DNA of 63,800 nucleotides, filler included, from Choristocarpus tenellus KU-1152 (taxonomy: Eukaryota; Protista; Phaeophyceae): the NCBI GenBank assembly GCA_964200185.2. It is 13 parts of 13 records of this genome, joined end to end, with 100 filler letters (N's around TTAATTAATTAA, not from the genome) between each part and the next. Parts side by side here need not be neighbours in the genome. Positions count along the whole stretch, not along the records: positions 1 to 5,594 come from CAXNAD020010306.1; positions 5,695 to 11,705 come from CAXNAD020009174.1; positions 11,806 to 14,476 come from CAXNAD020025778.1; 10 more parts are not named here. The stretch is one strand, 5' to 3'. Below the pieces are notes generated by a model. It did not search any database and was not told where the DNA came from. It saw only the letters and a program-made list of their open reading frames with translations. The position numbers and the translations under genes were made by a program. This document shows, in pieces, positions 1 through 12,449 of the stretch (positions are counted from its first letter, which is position 1; the number at the start of each line of letters is the position of its first letter).

Positions 1-1510
1 CCTACAAATGCTTCCTTTAACGGCCATACTCCCTCTGTTTCTTTCTTAGGTGTAACCTCCCATCTTTAACAGTAGCTTCTTTTTTTCACACCATTATCCC
101 ATATTTGTACTCAGGGTGTTGTAGGAGGTACAGTTATTCATTTCCCTACCCCCTTGTTTCTATTAGTGTACCCTTCTTTATTCGCATATTTTTGATATGT
201 TCTCGTCCTGTCCATTTTTCTTCCAACTGTTGCAACTCATATATATATATATATGTATCTTTTAACATACATCTACTGCCAATCCCCAGTTCTTACTTTC
301 GAGATGTTCACCCCACCTTAGATTCCCACCTACTGCCTGTCCATTCAGGACTCTGCCATTATCTGTACTTAATCTCGTAGCTGTGACTCAACCTACCCTG
401 TGGCCTCATTTGGTACTCTGGAATCCTATGTAGTTTTTCTAATTTGTTTTGTTTTCTATGCCACGTTATTTCCCAGTTTGTAGCTATAACCCATAAATTC
501 TATGGCTACTCATAATGACATAACCACTGATTCACATGTAGCCTGTGCCTAGTAAACGTTTATCACTAACCTCTTAATTTCTACGCGTTATCCTTAAACG
601 AAATGGGCCCCTCTACCTCATCCTACAGTGAGCCCGCGCATATGCTTTTCCTTTTCTCTATTGGGTTAGGTTGACCGATGCAAGCAGCGGAAAGACAAAT
701 CCACGCGATCCCACCTAGCGATATAGACCTAGCATTAGTCCCGGCCCTATCGTTCGAGCGATATCTAAAAATGCACTTAATCCACGAGATTACCGCTGGT
801 ACACTACTCCGTCCCCGAACCATTAACTTTCCTCTTGTTATCGTGGTCTCCATGGGCTAACCATGTTTGTGGCATAACCGGCACACTCTACTCCTACTTT
901 CCGTCACACTCTTGGACTTGTGGCTCTAGCAGGGCCTTCAGCCCTTTCCCTCGTTTCACCCCACCATTACGTCGTGGTCCATCTTTCGTACATTTCTTGT
1001 CCTATGGATTTTTCCCGATACCCCTTGTATTGTGTCTGAATCTACCTACTTCACTACCCGTATTCCCTACCTACCCTACACCTATCCACACTGTTGTTCA
1101 TCGTCTCATTCATCAGCCCCCTTACCTTGTCGACCTTCTCTTACCATTTCCGTATCCGCTTCTAAAGCATCCTCGCCCCTCCCCTCGGACCTATCTCCCT
1201 TCCAGCTCTCGGAAAGATTGTTCGGGTTACGTCTTGATCCACTCCGGCGAGAAGCTTGCTCGGAGATTGCCTTGTTCTCCCCTCCTCGTCTCGTACCCCT
1301 GATTTTATGACTGCTTTCTTTGCTTTCACCTACCACTAATTTCCATTAACCATCTCGTTCCTTCCTTAACTATTCCTTCTCCTCCTACTTCTTTCTTTTC
1401 CTTTTTCCCCACATTCTTGTCCTGTGCTCCCAGCCAACCAGAATTCTTCCGCCCACAAAACTCAGTTTTCTTCATGAACTCTCACTTGTGGTCATGGCAT
1501 CTAAAACATA
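1..1510 (-). mobile_element. Highly decayed LTR-retrotransposon (probably Ty3/gypsy) gag-protease remnant
   Basis: Minus-strand CFRCH (zinc-knuckle start) near 1495-1510 and LLGTG (degenerate aspartic-protease LLDTG) near 545. Many stops. Composition resembles the gypsy remnant at 28600-30200. Confidence 0.3.
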
Positions 1511-1946
1511 AAAAAAGCAAACCCTGCCCAACCATTAATAGAATGTTCTAACACGATCAAGTCTGTATCCATTAACTGTTTCAACATGACCATGTGATGA
1601 ACTGGACTTTAGTCATATGGTTTATAGCTGAGGTTCTAACTGGTCGACCAATGAAAGGTCCTTATCCAAACAAAAGTTGTATGAAACGATTTTTTTTTTA
1701 TGAGGTTCATTCATTGAAGGAGAGAACAATGTTGGTTAGGTGTTGGGGGACATGCGAACGATTATGCATTTTGACAGAACGGGGTATAATATACCTTTGT
1801 ATACTCTCGTCAGGATCTTCTCTCCATAACGACCACCACTAAGTCAATTTCCCAACAGGACAATTTCATCTTGTGGAAGAGGGTAATAGAGAGAAGCTTA
1901 GGTACCAGGAAGCGTGAGTCGCCTTTTCTGCTGGAGGGATTGTAGA

Positions 1947-4900
1947 ATGGAGGAGCCTGAAGTCAACGGTGGTCCAGGTGAGTCTCTTGTCTTGGCCCAT
2001 CTAATAGGTGGAGAACTTTAAACAATTCCACTAGCCTCAAGCCTTTCTCCCTCTCCTTCTCTCTTCACAGCAAAAAGACCTCGTTCAAAAAAGGCGTGCC
2101 ATTCCACTTCAGTGCCGATATCGATGCTGGAATGTGGCGTGTGTATGAATCTTGTGTGCGAGCCCATCACTTTAGGGTGTGGGCATACCTTTTGCCGATT
2201 GTGCGCGGTCACCGCAGTGCAGAGAAGTCAGAAGAAATGCCCAAGCTGCCGGGCTGTATCTCTCAGTTGGTGAGGATAGTTTACTATTTTTCTGTCATGG
2301 AATTCTTCTCTGGCGCTTTGCCACAAAGGTATGTTCAACCCCCGTCGATTGGCTACCATATCAACCCCCCATCGACTTCTCCTATGTTCAACAGCATTTA
2401 TTCTCTTTTCCTCAACCAGCGCCGACAGTCAAGAACAGAACGTCATGATAGCAAATATTACTCAGGTCTGCTACCCTTTGCAATTGGAACAGCGATTGCT
2501 CGAGACTCAGGAGGAGAGACGACAGCTTAAACAGTCATTTCCGATTTTTTACTGTGAGTTAGATTGACGCGACCCATTCGGATGTGTTGGGTGTTGCGAG
2601 TTGATAGTTGGTCTTACAAACTCCCTTGTGAAATGCAGGTAGGCTTATATCGTTTTGTCCGGCGAGGATCATTGGTCCTGAAAGCACATGAAGAATGTAA
2701 CTAGGATGGACTTGAATAGAAAATACGTGCCTTGCTTGAACTTAACTGTAAACAGAATATCAGACTTTGTGGTACCTTCTTGAAGTCATGCCACGTCTGT
2801 CCCGTCTGTCCGCCTTTTTTGGTAGAAACAACTAGTGCCAAGAGAGTAGAAGATACCACCGTTCCACAAGCGACAGTTTGGTTTGAAGATTTAAATCAAG
2901 TACTTTCTTGTTTGGTGTGGTCTTGTCACTCGTTGAACGGTCTACAAGCAGATTCCCTTGCTGGATGCCGCAAGTAGCCCCAAAAATTATGAAAATTTGA
3001 CGGAGTGAAAACTCTTAAGATGCTCTGATTGAGGTATGAACGAGATTTCATACATGCCTCGTAAAAATTTGTGGGCCCCTCTCTTTTTTTCTTTCTTATC
3101 AAAACACCTGTTATCGATTCTAAAGCAGACCGAAGGCACCTTGCTCTAAAAGGTATCTACAGCACAAAAGTGTGCCTTCATGTTTCTCCGTTCAGTAGTA
3201 AATACAATGTCAAAAACCTTTTCCCTTACAGGCAAAGGCTGAATGCTGCAAAACAAGATCACATTGACACAATGGTTGGGTGCTGATGTCCCCCACCACC
3301 CTTGTCGCCCCCCAACCCCATTGTACCTCACTTCTGTCAGACAACCTGCCCATGTTTCCCGGAGACAAGCTTACACTACATATTTTTGAGCCCAGATATA
3401 AGATCATGGTTGATCGAATAATGACCACCTCTCGGAAGTGAGCGTCTTGGGTGTACAGTTGGGCATCTTGTGTTGCCTTGTCTCTCCATGTTATATTGCT
3501 TGTATGAGGGGTTGTCAGAATTTGGTCTTGGTTACGTGCAATGGGCTGTGCCGCTTTTGTCCCTTCTGAGGCGGTGGATGCCTCTCTGAAGTCTCTAACT
3601 TAAGACATAGGGGGTTGCAACATGGGCTGTGGCATGGAGTAACGGCGGTTGTGGTTGCTACCTTTTTTCTTTTGTGTGGTAATGCCACTGGTAGATTCGA
3701 ATTTGATGGAGAGAGACTTTGCAATTTTACCCTTGCTACACATTTTTTCGTTGTGTAAGTCTCGTGGATTTGTGACAACACCATACCCCCTTTTGTTGAC
3801 TTGGAGCTGGAGGAGGTGCTGAAAATGTAATCAGCATCAGATAAAAGTGATAAAAGCTACACCGTTTCATTTCTCCTTGATACTGTGAAGGAGGCTTTTT
3901 TTTCATCTTGGTGGGTCTGTTTGCTTGGTTCTTTCGTCGGCATCAATATTTTGGTGTGGAAGAGCTCTGAAGTTTCTCAATAATGATCCTCTTGACTTTA
4001 TGGAGATAGGCCCAGGTACTGAGGTTTCCCCTTCCCCTTCCCATCTGTCCTGCAAACCTCTCTTCCTTTGGGATAAAACTAACAGGCTTGTTTGTCCCAC
4101 TCTCTGCTCTGCTCTTGCCTGCAGGTTTGGGTATGTCCCCAACTACACTAATTTCCAGGTGGCAAATGGCGATGTGCTCCTCAAGGCTGACGTGGTGAGA
4201 TCCTGCTACTTTTTTTTTTATTTGCTTACCGTGTGTCTGACGTGTGTTTGGAGTGTGTATTCATTGGGTGGAGTGGAGGTGAACCCCATCATAAATCAGC
4301 ATTGTTGGTGGTTTGAGGGGTCGCGCATATAGGTGCAATGATACCTGTTGTTTGTTCTGGTGCATGTTTAAATGGGCTAATAGTCCTTTGTTGATCGAGG
4401 TGCTGTGGCTATAGTTTTTTTGTAGAAAGAGTAACATACTTGTGGTGCTGAACTATTTAGGGGGTTGGATGCATGTCCTCTGCTTTTGTTGCTCGTCCCG
4501 GTCTAAAGCTGGAAGTTGTCACCATTTTGAGTTCTTTTGTGTTGGAATACCCTCCTTGCCCCTTACAGGTATCTTGTTTGCATTCCAAGAGTCTAACGCA
4601 GTTTGACCCTCTTCTCCCTGTATATTGGATGTCATGATGTGGTGAGAAGTGTCACTGTGACTTCTTGGGAGATGGGAGGGTTCTCCTCCAGGCAAGAATC
4701 TTGAGCAGACAAAAGATATTGGTGAGTCATTGAGTGTGCTCTCAACTTCCTAAGAGTTGGCAACTAGTGTGAAGGTGTGATGGGTGGGCAAGGGCCGTGT
4801 GTGCTGTGACATGTTAAACTTGATTGTGACAGGTGGATGAATGATGTGTAGTGGTGATGGTGGGAAATGGAGGGAAAGGAAAGGTGCTGTTTCAGTGCAA

Positions 4901-5324
4901 GCAAATCAACTGCAAGATACTTCAAGGTGAAGTAGGACAAGATATGAGGTGTTCTTATGATGACCTCTGCAATGCTGTCAAGACCATTATCATGTTCATC
5001 CATTTAATGTAATAGTGCTGAACTTCAAATTGGACATCTCCTTGCCTGTAGGACCATTCCCCCTTGTATAACCTACCATTCCATTGACTGGGGTGATAGT
5101 ACACTGAGGGGTGTGGTACTCTTGACTTATTTTTGCCCTTCACCTCCCCCCCTGGACACCAATCCTTGCAGAACTCTCATGTTGAGCTGGATACTCATGG
5201 GCTTCAGTTCTGTCAGGTTGAAGATCTGAATGATGATCCAGTGAATGAGGAGAGCATGTCTTCTGTAAATAGACTGCATAGTGTGCTCAGGATGCTTGCG
5301 CCCAACCTGCTCGGGCGCTTGGAG
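1947..5324 (+). CDS. LON peptidase N-terminal domain and RING finger protein (LONRF-like E3 ligase), 3'-partial
   Basis: Phase-consistent GT-AG exons: 1947-1977, 2071-2269, 2420-2553, 3341-3437, 4125-4194, 4650-4721, 5172-5324. They give a C3HC4 RING (LECGVCMNLVCEPITLGCGHTFCRLC...KKCPSCR), then LON substrate-binding motifs (PMFPGDKLTLHIFEPRYKIMVDRI; DFLGDGRVLLQAR). The start at 1947 is inferred from an in-frame upstream stop. The gene runs off the contig. Confidence 0.9.
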
Positions 5325-5594
5325 GTAGGGTGCAGTGGGTTATCTCCGCTTCATGGTTTTTGCAGAAAACTGCCCCCTAAGGCTCGATTTCAGAGGAGTT
5401 CGGTGGAGACTGGTGGAAAGGGGAAGGGTGGTAACTGGGTTACATCTGATTTGAAAGTTCCTAACCCTAAGAATTGAAAATGTGTGCCAAGTAGACAAAG
5501 TGTGTCATCTCTTTCATGTATTGCCGTTGCTGTATGTATGGCAATGCTTACAGCTCCCCTGGGTTGAACATGTTCCGGAACACAAGCAAGGAGG

Positions 5595-5694
5595 NNNNNN
5601 NNNNNNNNNNNNNNNNNNNNNNNNNNNNNNNNNNNNNNTTAATTAATTAANNNNNNNNNNNNNNNNNNNNNNNNNNNNNNNNNNNNNNNNNNNN
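5595..5694. other. Artificial contig-joining spacer (first of 12)
   Basis: 44 N + TTAATTAATTAA (stops in all six frames) + 44 N. Identical spacers lie at 11706-11805, 14477-14576, 20746-20845, 25855-25954, 28469-28568, 36504-36603, 40231-40330, 44783-44882, 49384-49483, 56385-56484 and 59324-59423. Confidence 0.97.
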
Positions 5695-6947
5695 CCCCCC
5701 CCCCCCCCAGATACTTTGACTCTACCCATTGTTGTACTTTAAGGGTGCTAAAAAATATGTGGAAGATTCTGTTTGTCTTGTTTTTCTTTTTTTTATATCA
5801 AACATGTCTAGGATATTTTCCGAATTGTGCCGAGGTTTCCAACAATACAAAAATCAGAACTCCCCAGTCAAACTCTGCACTTCATCCATAGAAATATGGG
5901 TTAATTGTGAAAATTTGAATGACTGGAACAAAGTGAAAAACTTTTAAAAAATCTCTGTGTAGCTCTTGCTTACTTTGGCTCATTCCTGCTGTTGTGTTGT
6001 GGCAAGGAATCACACGAACGAAGTAGACACCTGTGCTCTTGATCAAATTTTTGTCACTTGGAAATTTATTCTTATATTTTTCTTTAGAGCACAATTTTCG
6101 TACTTTATGTTCAACTTGGGGCAAGGAGTCCTAACTCCCCTCCCCTCCAACTTAAACAGGACTAAATTTACTGAAACAGTTGAAACAAAAAAAGTATTTT
6201 TTCCCCCCTGGAAAGACCCAGACCAATTCGTGTTGAAGTAAAATGTCAACTGTTAAAGCAGCAACTTGTTGTCTGCAGAATGAGCCAGATTAACCTAGAA
6301 GAGGGGCGTAAATTTGGGTCAGTTTGTCGCTCAGGGGCTTGAAAATGAGATGGCCTAACACCCCATTTTCATGGCCCAAATTCAGGAAATTCCCATCGGA
6401 TTCTATGGATGTTTGAAGAAATGACCATGTGGGTGATGCATGTATTGTCAGTTAATCGGAGGATGTAGTGATGTGAACAAGCAAGTCAGACAACGGTTGC
6501 AGAGACATACCCCTCAACGAAAATCGCTACAGATCCCGTCTATTTAATCTTATCTCAATAATAATAAAAATATATAGCAGTAGTATAGTTCAGAGGAAAA
6601 GTAGGTTTTAAATAGAAGGAAAAAAAATTCAAGCTCTTCAAACAGTGAGGTACTGCCTCCATAGTTGTAAACGCGGGAAGCAGCAACCTCTTACTCCCAC
6701 GGACTCAAGATATTGGATTCCAATTTCAGCAGGGAGGACCGAAGATTCATTTTTAAGAGCACTACGTTTCCCTCCATCTCCCCAACAATAAGTTAGGTTG
6801 AACCTGAACCGAAACTGTTACGGATACTGCAAAAAAAATATATATACAGAACATACATATTTATGCCCATGGTCCTAAACAAGGAATTAAGTGTAGATTA
6901 GGCGGAATCGGAAGAATTGTATGACTAACAGAACCAAGTATACAATT

Positions 6948-7420
6948 GTTATAACCTCAACACTTTCGCAGTGGAACGTTTTTGGGCGCCTCGGCAAGCA
7001 AGCGGAACGTTTTCTGGATGAGCTAGGTATACACACAGTAGGGGGGAGAGGAACTGGAGGCTATAGTAGAAAAGGTGCCGTCAAATCCCGCCTGCACCAG
7101 ATAGTCTCAGTCACGACGCAAGCAGCCCTATCTAGACAGGTCATGCGTCTTAAGCTGGAGTCGCCAGGGAGATGGGCAAGGAGGGGTTTATTAGATTCGT
7201 GGGATGCTTCCCTAGCTCCTCACCCTGGAGTACAGGAATAGGTTTGAGACGCAGGAAGGCAGTAGTACAACCTAGATATGTAGGAGTGAAATAGGAAATA
7301 GATCAACGTTTTTCACTGTTGTGACAACTGTTACTTTTTTAGGGTTTTTTTAGAGATGTGAATAGTTCTCATTGGTTTTTCCCCTGGCACATCTGCAAAA
7401 TGTCAGAGGGCACAATACTA
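6948..7420 (+). mobile_element. 5'-truncated non-LTR retrotransposon copy (restriction-like endonuclease C-terminus + 3' UTR)
   Basis: Encodes FGRLGKQAERFLDEL...SRLHQIVSVTTQAAL, closely similar to 36890-37150. Ends in the shared stem-loop CCCCTGGCACATCTGCAAAATGTCAGAGGG followed by an A-rich tail. Confidence 0.7.
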
Positions 7421-8170
7421 AAATATATAAATCATTGGTACATATATATATATATGTGTGTGTTTGTAGATCAGTGGTGCAACTTACAGTGTGATACCGA
7501 TCACCGATCCCCTCATATCTGGTTGACGGTAATCTTCTATTTTCAGCTGCATTTCCTTCCCTGGAGCTGAACTGAAGCTGATGCAGATGCCCAAAGCGAC
7601 AACATGATAATTACCCCTGCAGCCCCAAGCTATCCGGGTGGAAACTTTGTAAACTCTCTGTAAATACCTTGAGATGGTGAAGATCTTACTGCCACAGTAG
7701 AAGTGACCTCTGATTCAAGCTGGGCAGTGGTAGCCGTAGGAAATGGCAAGGTAGTGATCGGATAGGTCCCTTCATAGTGTCAAACTGATCCAAGCTGTGA
7801 ACCAAAACTATGGGGAAATGATGCATCTACGACGAGTATTTGGTAATCAACTCGTAGCCCTAACCCTATCTCTAATTGAGTCCCTTGTCAACCAAACGTG
7901 TTACAAATATTTGGAAGTGAGAGTCCTGTGCACAAGTCGGACTGAGCTCAACTTGCAGCGGACAGACGTCCCAGGACAAGAAAGGATGCTATAGCCTCAA
8001 CCGATCCGATTTTTCGTAACTGCTGTGGCAACAGATCACCTTCTGTTATGACAATCTCACACTGTTGTTCCACACAAGCACAAAAGAATTGCCAACTGAT
8101 GTTGAGCAATGTTTTAAATAGGATTTTGGTTTAGTTGGCGGTGCGGAATGACTAAGAAAAAACAAACTGT

Positions 8171-8348
8171 GGCTCAAAGTATCTGGAGGGGGGGGGGGGG
8201 GGGGGCTGTCCATTCTGGTCCAATTTTTACTTGTCGCGATTTTTGGGTATTTGGTTGCATGTGTTAGATGGACAACGTAAGTGCACTTTTCCTGGTCAGG
8301 ACCCTAATGGACACCCTGGTGTAGACCCCCCTCCAGATACTTTGAGCC
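8171..8348. mobile_element. MITE family A (~180 bp), full copy
   Basis: TIR GGCTCAAAGTATCTGG / CCAGATACTTTGAGCC, subterminal G/C runs, flanked by TGT on both sides (3-bp TSD). Confidence 0.85.
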
Positions 8349-8441
8349 TGTTGACAGTGCATGCCGAATAAATTATTATATTATTTACCTGTCGCTCCTC
8401 CTCTCATGTGGGTCTTCTTTGATCCCTGAGTTTACTTTTTT

Positions 8442-8699
8442 TTGTCAAAGTATCTTAGAGGATAGAGCCGCGTCCAAATGGGGGTCAAAATCCAATGTTG
8501 CGGTTTGGATGTAATTTTGGCTATTGTGTTTGTTAGGAAGTGTCATTATTCTTGTTCCGAACACACCTTTTCGTAAGGTGTACATTTTACCTACTCTTAA
8601 ACATTTTGGAGTAGGAAAAAGTCATAAAAAATCCGCGGGAAGTCAAGCCCCAAATGGACAAACAGGGCAAAACTCGTACACTCTAAGATACTTTCACTC
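8442..8699. mobile_element. MITE family B (~255 bp), full copy
   Basis: Ends GTCAAAGTATCTTAGAGG / CTCTAAGATACTTTCACTC. The interior matches the copies at 18078, 23764, 32266 and 59969. Confidence 0.85.
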
Positions 8700-11490
8700 T
8701 TTGTAAGTGCATATAGTGAAACGAGTGATTATCTGAACCAAATGTTGATATACACTGTTACCGTGGCTACAAGGTTAGTCATATCACATCGCCATTACAA
8801 CCTATCCTTGTGCATGTGATAAATCCATTAATAACTCTCTCTATATATATATATATATATGAATATATGTATATCTTTTTGGCCTTGGAGGCTGAGAACC
8901 CTTCAACTCCAGAACTCCTATCATGCTCAGCCACCCCCGTACTTTCTCTCACCTCACTTCTTTCCCCTCCAGTGAGTGAGCTTGACCCAATCTCGCCCAT
9001 GACGCCCACATACACACACACACACATGATTCTCTCGACTTGTCCATGAAGTGCCCCTCAGGTGGATTTGATTCCTAATATAGACCCTGCTGAAGGAGGT
9101 GGTGGAGGAGTTGCCCAGGGCGGAGGTCCTTTGAACAGATGGCATCAAGATGGAACCAGGGGCCATGGAGGTGGGGGGAGTCCCAACACCAGCGGGGGTG
9201 CTACAACTGCTGCTGATATTCATCCTAGCAAGGTTGGTTGTGTTGCTACTAACAACACTGTTTAGGGTGTCTAGGTGGAGGTGTCAGCATGAAGCATTTG
9301 AAGAAGTGACAGCCCACTCCCAAGTATATGGCACAAATATTGAAGTGTGTGTTTCCTCACAGTCTTGATGAGAGGCCTTACTGGCTCATCGCATACTACC
9401 TGAGTACATGCATATGTGCTCACAAGCTGACCCTACAATGTATTGGAAGTCCAACATGATGGGTGTCCCTCAGTTCTCGGAGGCTGTTCACCTTTTGAGG
9501 ACCTTGAAATTTATTTATTTTTATCCCCATTAAGCACTTTGAAAGCACCAAGCAATATGCACAAGTTCTGCCCAAACTTGTCTCTAGTGAATCTTTCGGA
9601 GTAATCAGTGTAGATTCCAATGGCCAAATGACAAAGGTGTACATATGACATATTTCTTAAATTATCTGTGCTTGTCAACCCTGCCACCTGCACGATGCCC
9701 CTTACATTTCACAACCGCCCCATGCACATCATTTTACTGCACCTGATGGCATCGCACCTCCAATATTTTCGGGGTGGTGGGAAATTGGGTAGGGTGGGAA
9801 AGAACGTTCCGGCCAAGTTCCGCGACACAGCAACTCCGAAGAGAAGGACAAGGCTGCTCGTGCTTGCAGGAGAATCAGCTCTGTGTACCACCAGGATGTC
9901 AACATGGCCCTGCACAATGTAAGAGTGTTCGGGAAGGCTTTTATGGGGCATCAATAATATCCAGTTGATTTCTTTTCTTTTAAGGAAACGATAGCCTCCT
10001 CTGGAGTAAGCTGTTGTGCGGGTAACATCTGGGTAACCTTAAAGCTAGGATTCCTGTGCTCCACTGCTGCAGCGGGCTACCACTGATGCCATCTGTGCAT
10101 AATATCATTGCCATATCTATCGCCTTAGAGCACGCAGTGCACAAAAAAAGAGATAACAACATCGCTAATGTGAAAACAAACACGGACTTCATCTCTCATC
10201 ACCATGACGGTACCACCTTGTGGGTAGAGAGACAAATTATTCCCGTTGCATATATGCCCCAGTTTCCACACAAATCGTTTCCCATATGTCGAACATTATA
10301 CTGTCCCCAGACGTTTCTTCTCCTGATTGGTTCCCCCCCCCCCCCACCATTTCTAGAGCCCCACAGTCTCTGCATTGTTGCAGGCATGAGGACATTTCTA
10401 TCTCAAACCATCTTTGCCAACACCTTAAGCAACCTTGGGGCAATGGCCTGGGTTCAGATCCATGGAATAGGTCAAGGATTTACAGGGTAAACTCATCCTG
10501 TTGGCTTACTGTGATTTACCAATATATATATATTTACTTCGACCTCTGAATTGTGCTTATTTCATAGGATGCTCCCTGCCCCCTTAATCATCTCAGAAGT
10601 ATTATTGTTGCTATACCGATAATATTGAAGATGTTATGATCATATTTCACCTGACCCACACAGGTTGTCTATCTTGCTCCATTCTGCAGCAGCGTAGCAC
10701 ACATGATGCAATCACATTGCCAGTGGCCATGCTTGACTTCTCAGCCTACTACACCTTCAAGGAAACAATTCCTACAACTCCCCCTACATTATTTATTTTG
10801 GCCGGTTTACCAATAGCTACCCATGCAATAACATGCCGTGATGGGAACTTCTTGCAGGTAGAACACGCCATCTTGACTGACTTACAGACTCCTAGGACTT
10901 CCGATGGAAGTGAATCTCAGTTCAGCGATTTATTCCAACAGAGCAGTCTCTTCCACCGCAAAGGAAGCTTGAGCAGGTAAGCATCATAGCAGGACACACC
11001 ATGGAACGATAATAAAGCAAAACTTATACACTAAGGGCTCTCATGGCCTGTTGTCTGAGCTTGTTTCAGTGTCCAGCGAGTCTTCAATTCCCATACTTGA
11101 GAAGAAAAAAACCCGATCCAGGGCAGCAAAAAAAAGAAGAAGGAAAACCGCTTGAAGTAGTGATCAGAAAAAGGGGGTTGCTTTATGTACACTAGAACTC
11201 ACCACACACTATGTACAGAGGTTGAAAATATTGAAAAGGGTTGGCATTGAGGACATCTCTTTCACGTACATCCCGTGACAGTCCCGACAGTCAGAAAAAA
11301 GAAATAAATAAAGAACCGCATCACACACACGAATGAGCCACCTGCAGCTTTTGTCTCTTCTGCTATTGGTTCCGGCTGTGGCGTTGTGGGGAGGAATTAG
11401 AATCGTCTGACTGATCCTGGGTTCCTATTACAGTAACCCGGAGTCGATGCATGTCGGACAGGAACAATCTTTGTGGTGAAGAAAAGGAAA

Positions 11491-11674
11491 GGCTCGAAGT
11501 ATCTGGGGGGGGGTAGCGGCTGTCCAATTGGGGTCAAAACAAATTGTCGCGATTTTTGGGTGATTTGGTTGCATACGTCGGATGGATGATGTAAATGCAC
11601 TTTTCCTGATTTCGGTCCAAATGGATACCCTGGTGTAGCCACACCCCCCCCCTCCCCCACAGATACTTTGGGTC
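11491..11674. mobile_element. MITE family A, full copy
   Basis: GGCTCGAAGTATCTG...CAGATACTTTGGGTC; interior colinear with 8171-8348. Confidence 0.85.
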
Positions 11675-12074
11675 ATAGGGTTGGAAGGAAAATTAAAGTT
11701 GAACANNNNNNNNNNNNNNNNNNNNNNNNNNNNNNNNNNNNNNNNNNNNTTAATTAATTAANNNNNNNNNNNNNNNNNNNNNNNNNNNNNNNNNNNNNNN
11801 NNNNNGGGTGTGTAATCGGTGCAGAGAGACAAGTGTCCGTTTAGTGCATGGAAGGACCGAACATCCGTGCTATATAAATGTATCCATATACATTGAAAGA
11901 CCATACCCTGAATGCTGCATTTCGCCCCATGTCATCTACGATGCCCTGGAACACTGTTTTAACCACATGAAATTTAATTTATTTCAATGAAAAACACGTA
12001 TGTATTTTCTAGAGAAGATTTCATTCAAGGGCGGGCAGGACAGCTGCTTCTTTTTTTTTTCTTGCAATTTCCAG

Positions 12075-12414
12075 CTGAAACCTAGCCAACCAATTACATT
12101 AACAGATCTACTCTCATGGGATGGATTTTCTTTTGAGAACGTCCCAGACAAAAGTAACAAGGAGCAACGAAATTTCGTCCCGTGCAGTGGCCCGGAGGTA
12201 GCGCGGAATGGCCCTCATTGGGAGAAAGAAGAAAGAAAAGAAAAGAAAAGAAAAATTCGATCGATGATTGTGTGTTCGCTGCTGCACCTTCGAAGTTGGT
12301 TTTTTGTAGTCATGTTTTTTCTTCTTTTCTTTCCTTTTTTCTTTTTCTGTGCTGTGTTTGAAACCCCCGCCCCCCAATCCCACCCCTCAACCAACCTCCA
12401 ATATGTACATAAAC

Positions 12415-12449
<35 letters not shown>

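Noticed and set aside
5595-5694. Recurrent TTAATTAATTAA palindrome as a biological motif
   Set aside because: Always centred in exactly 44+44 N; an artificial six-frame-stop linker.
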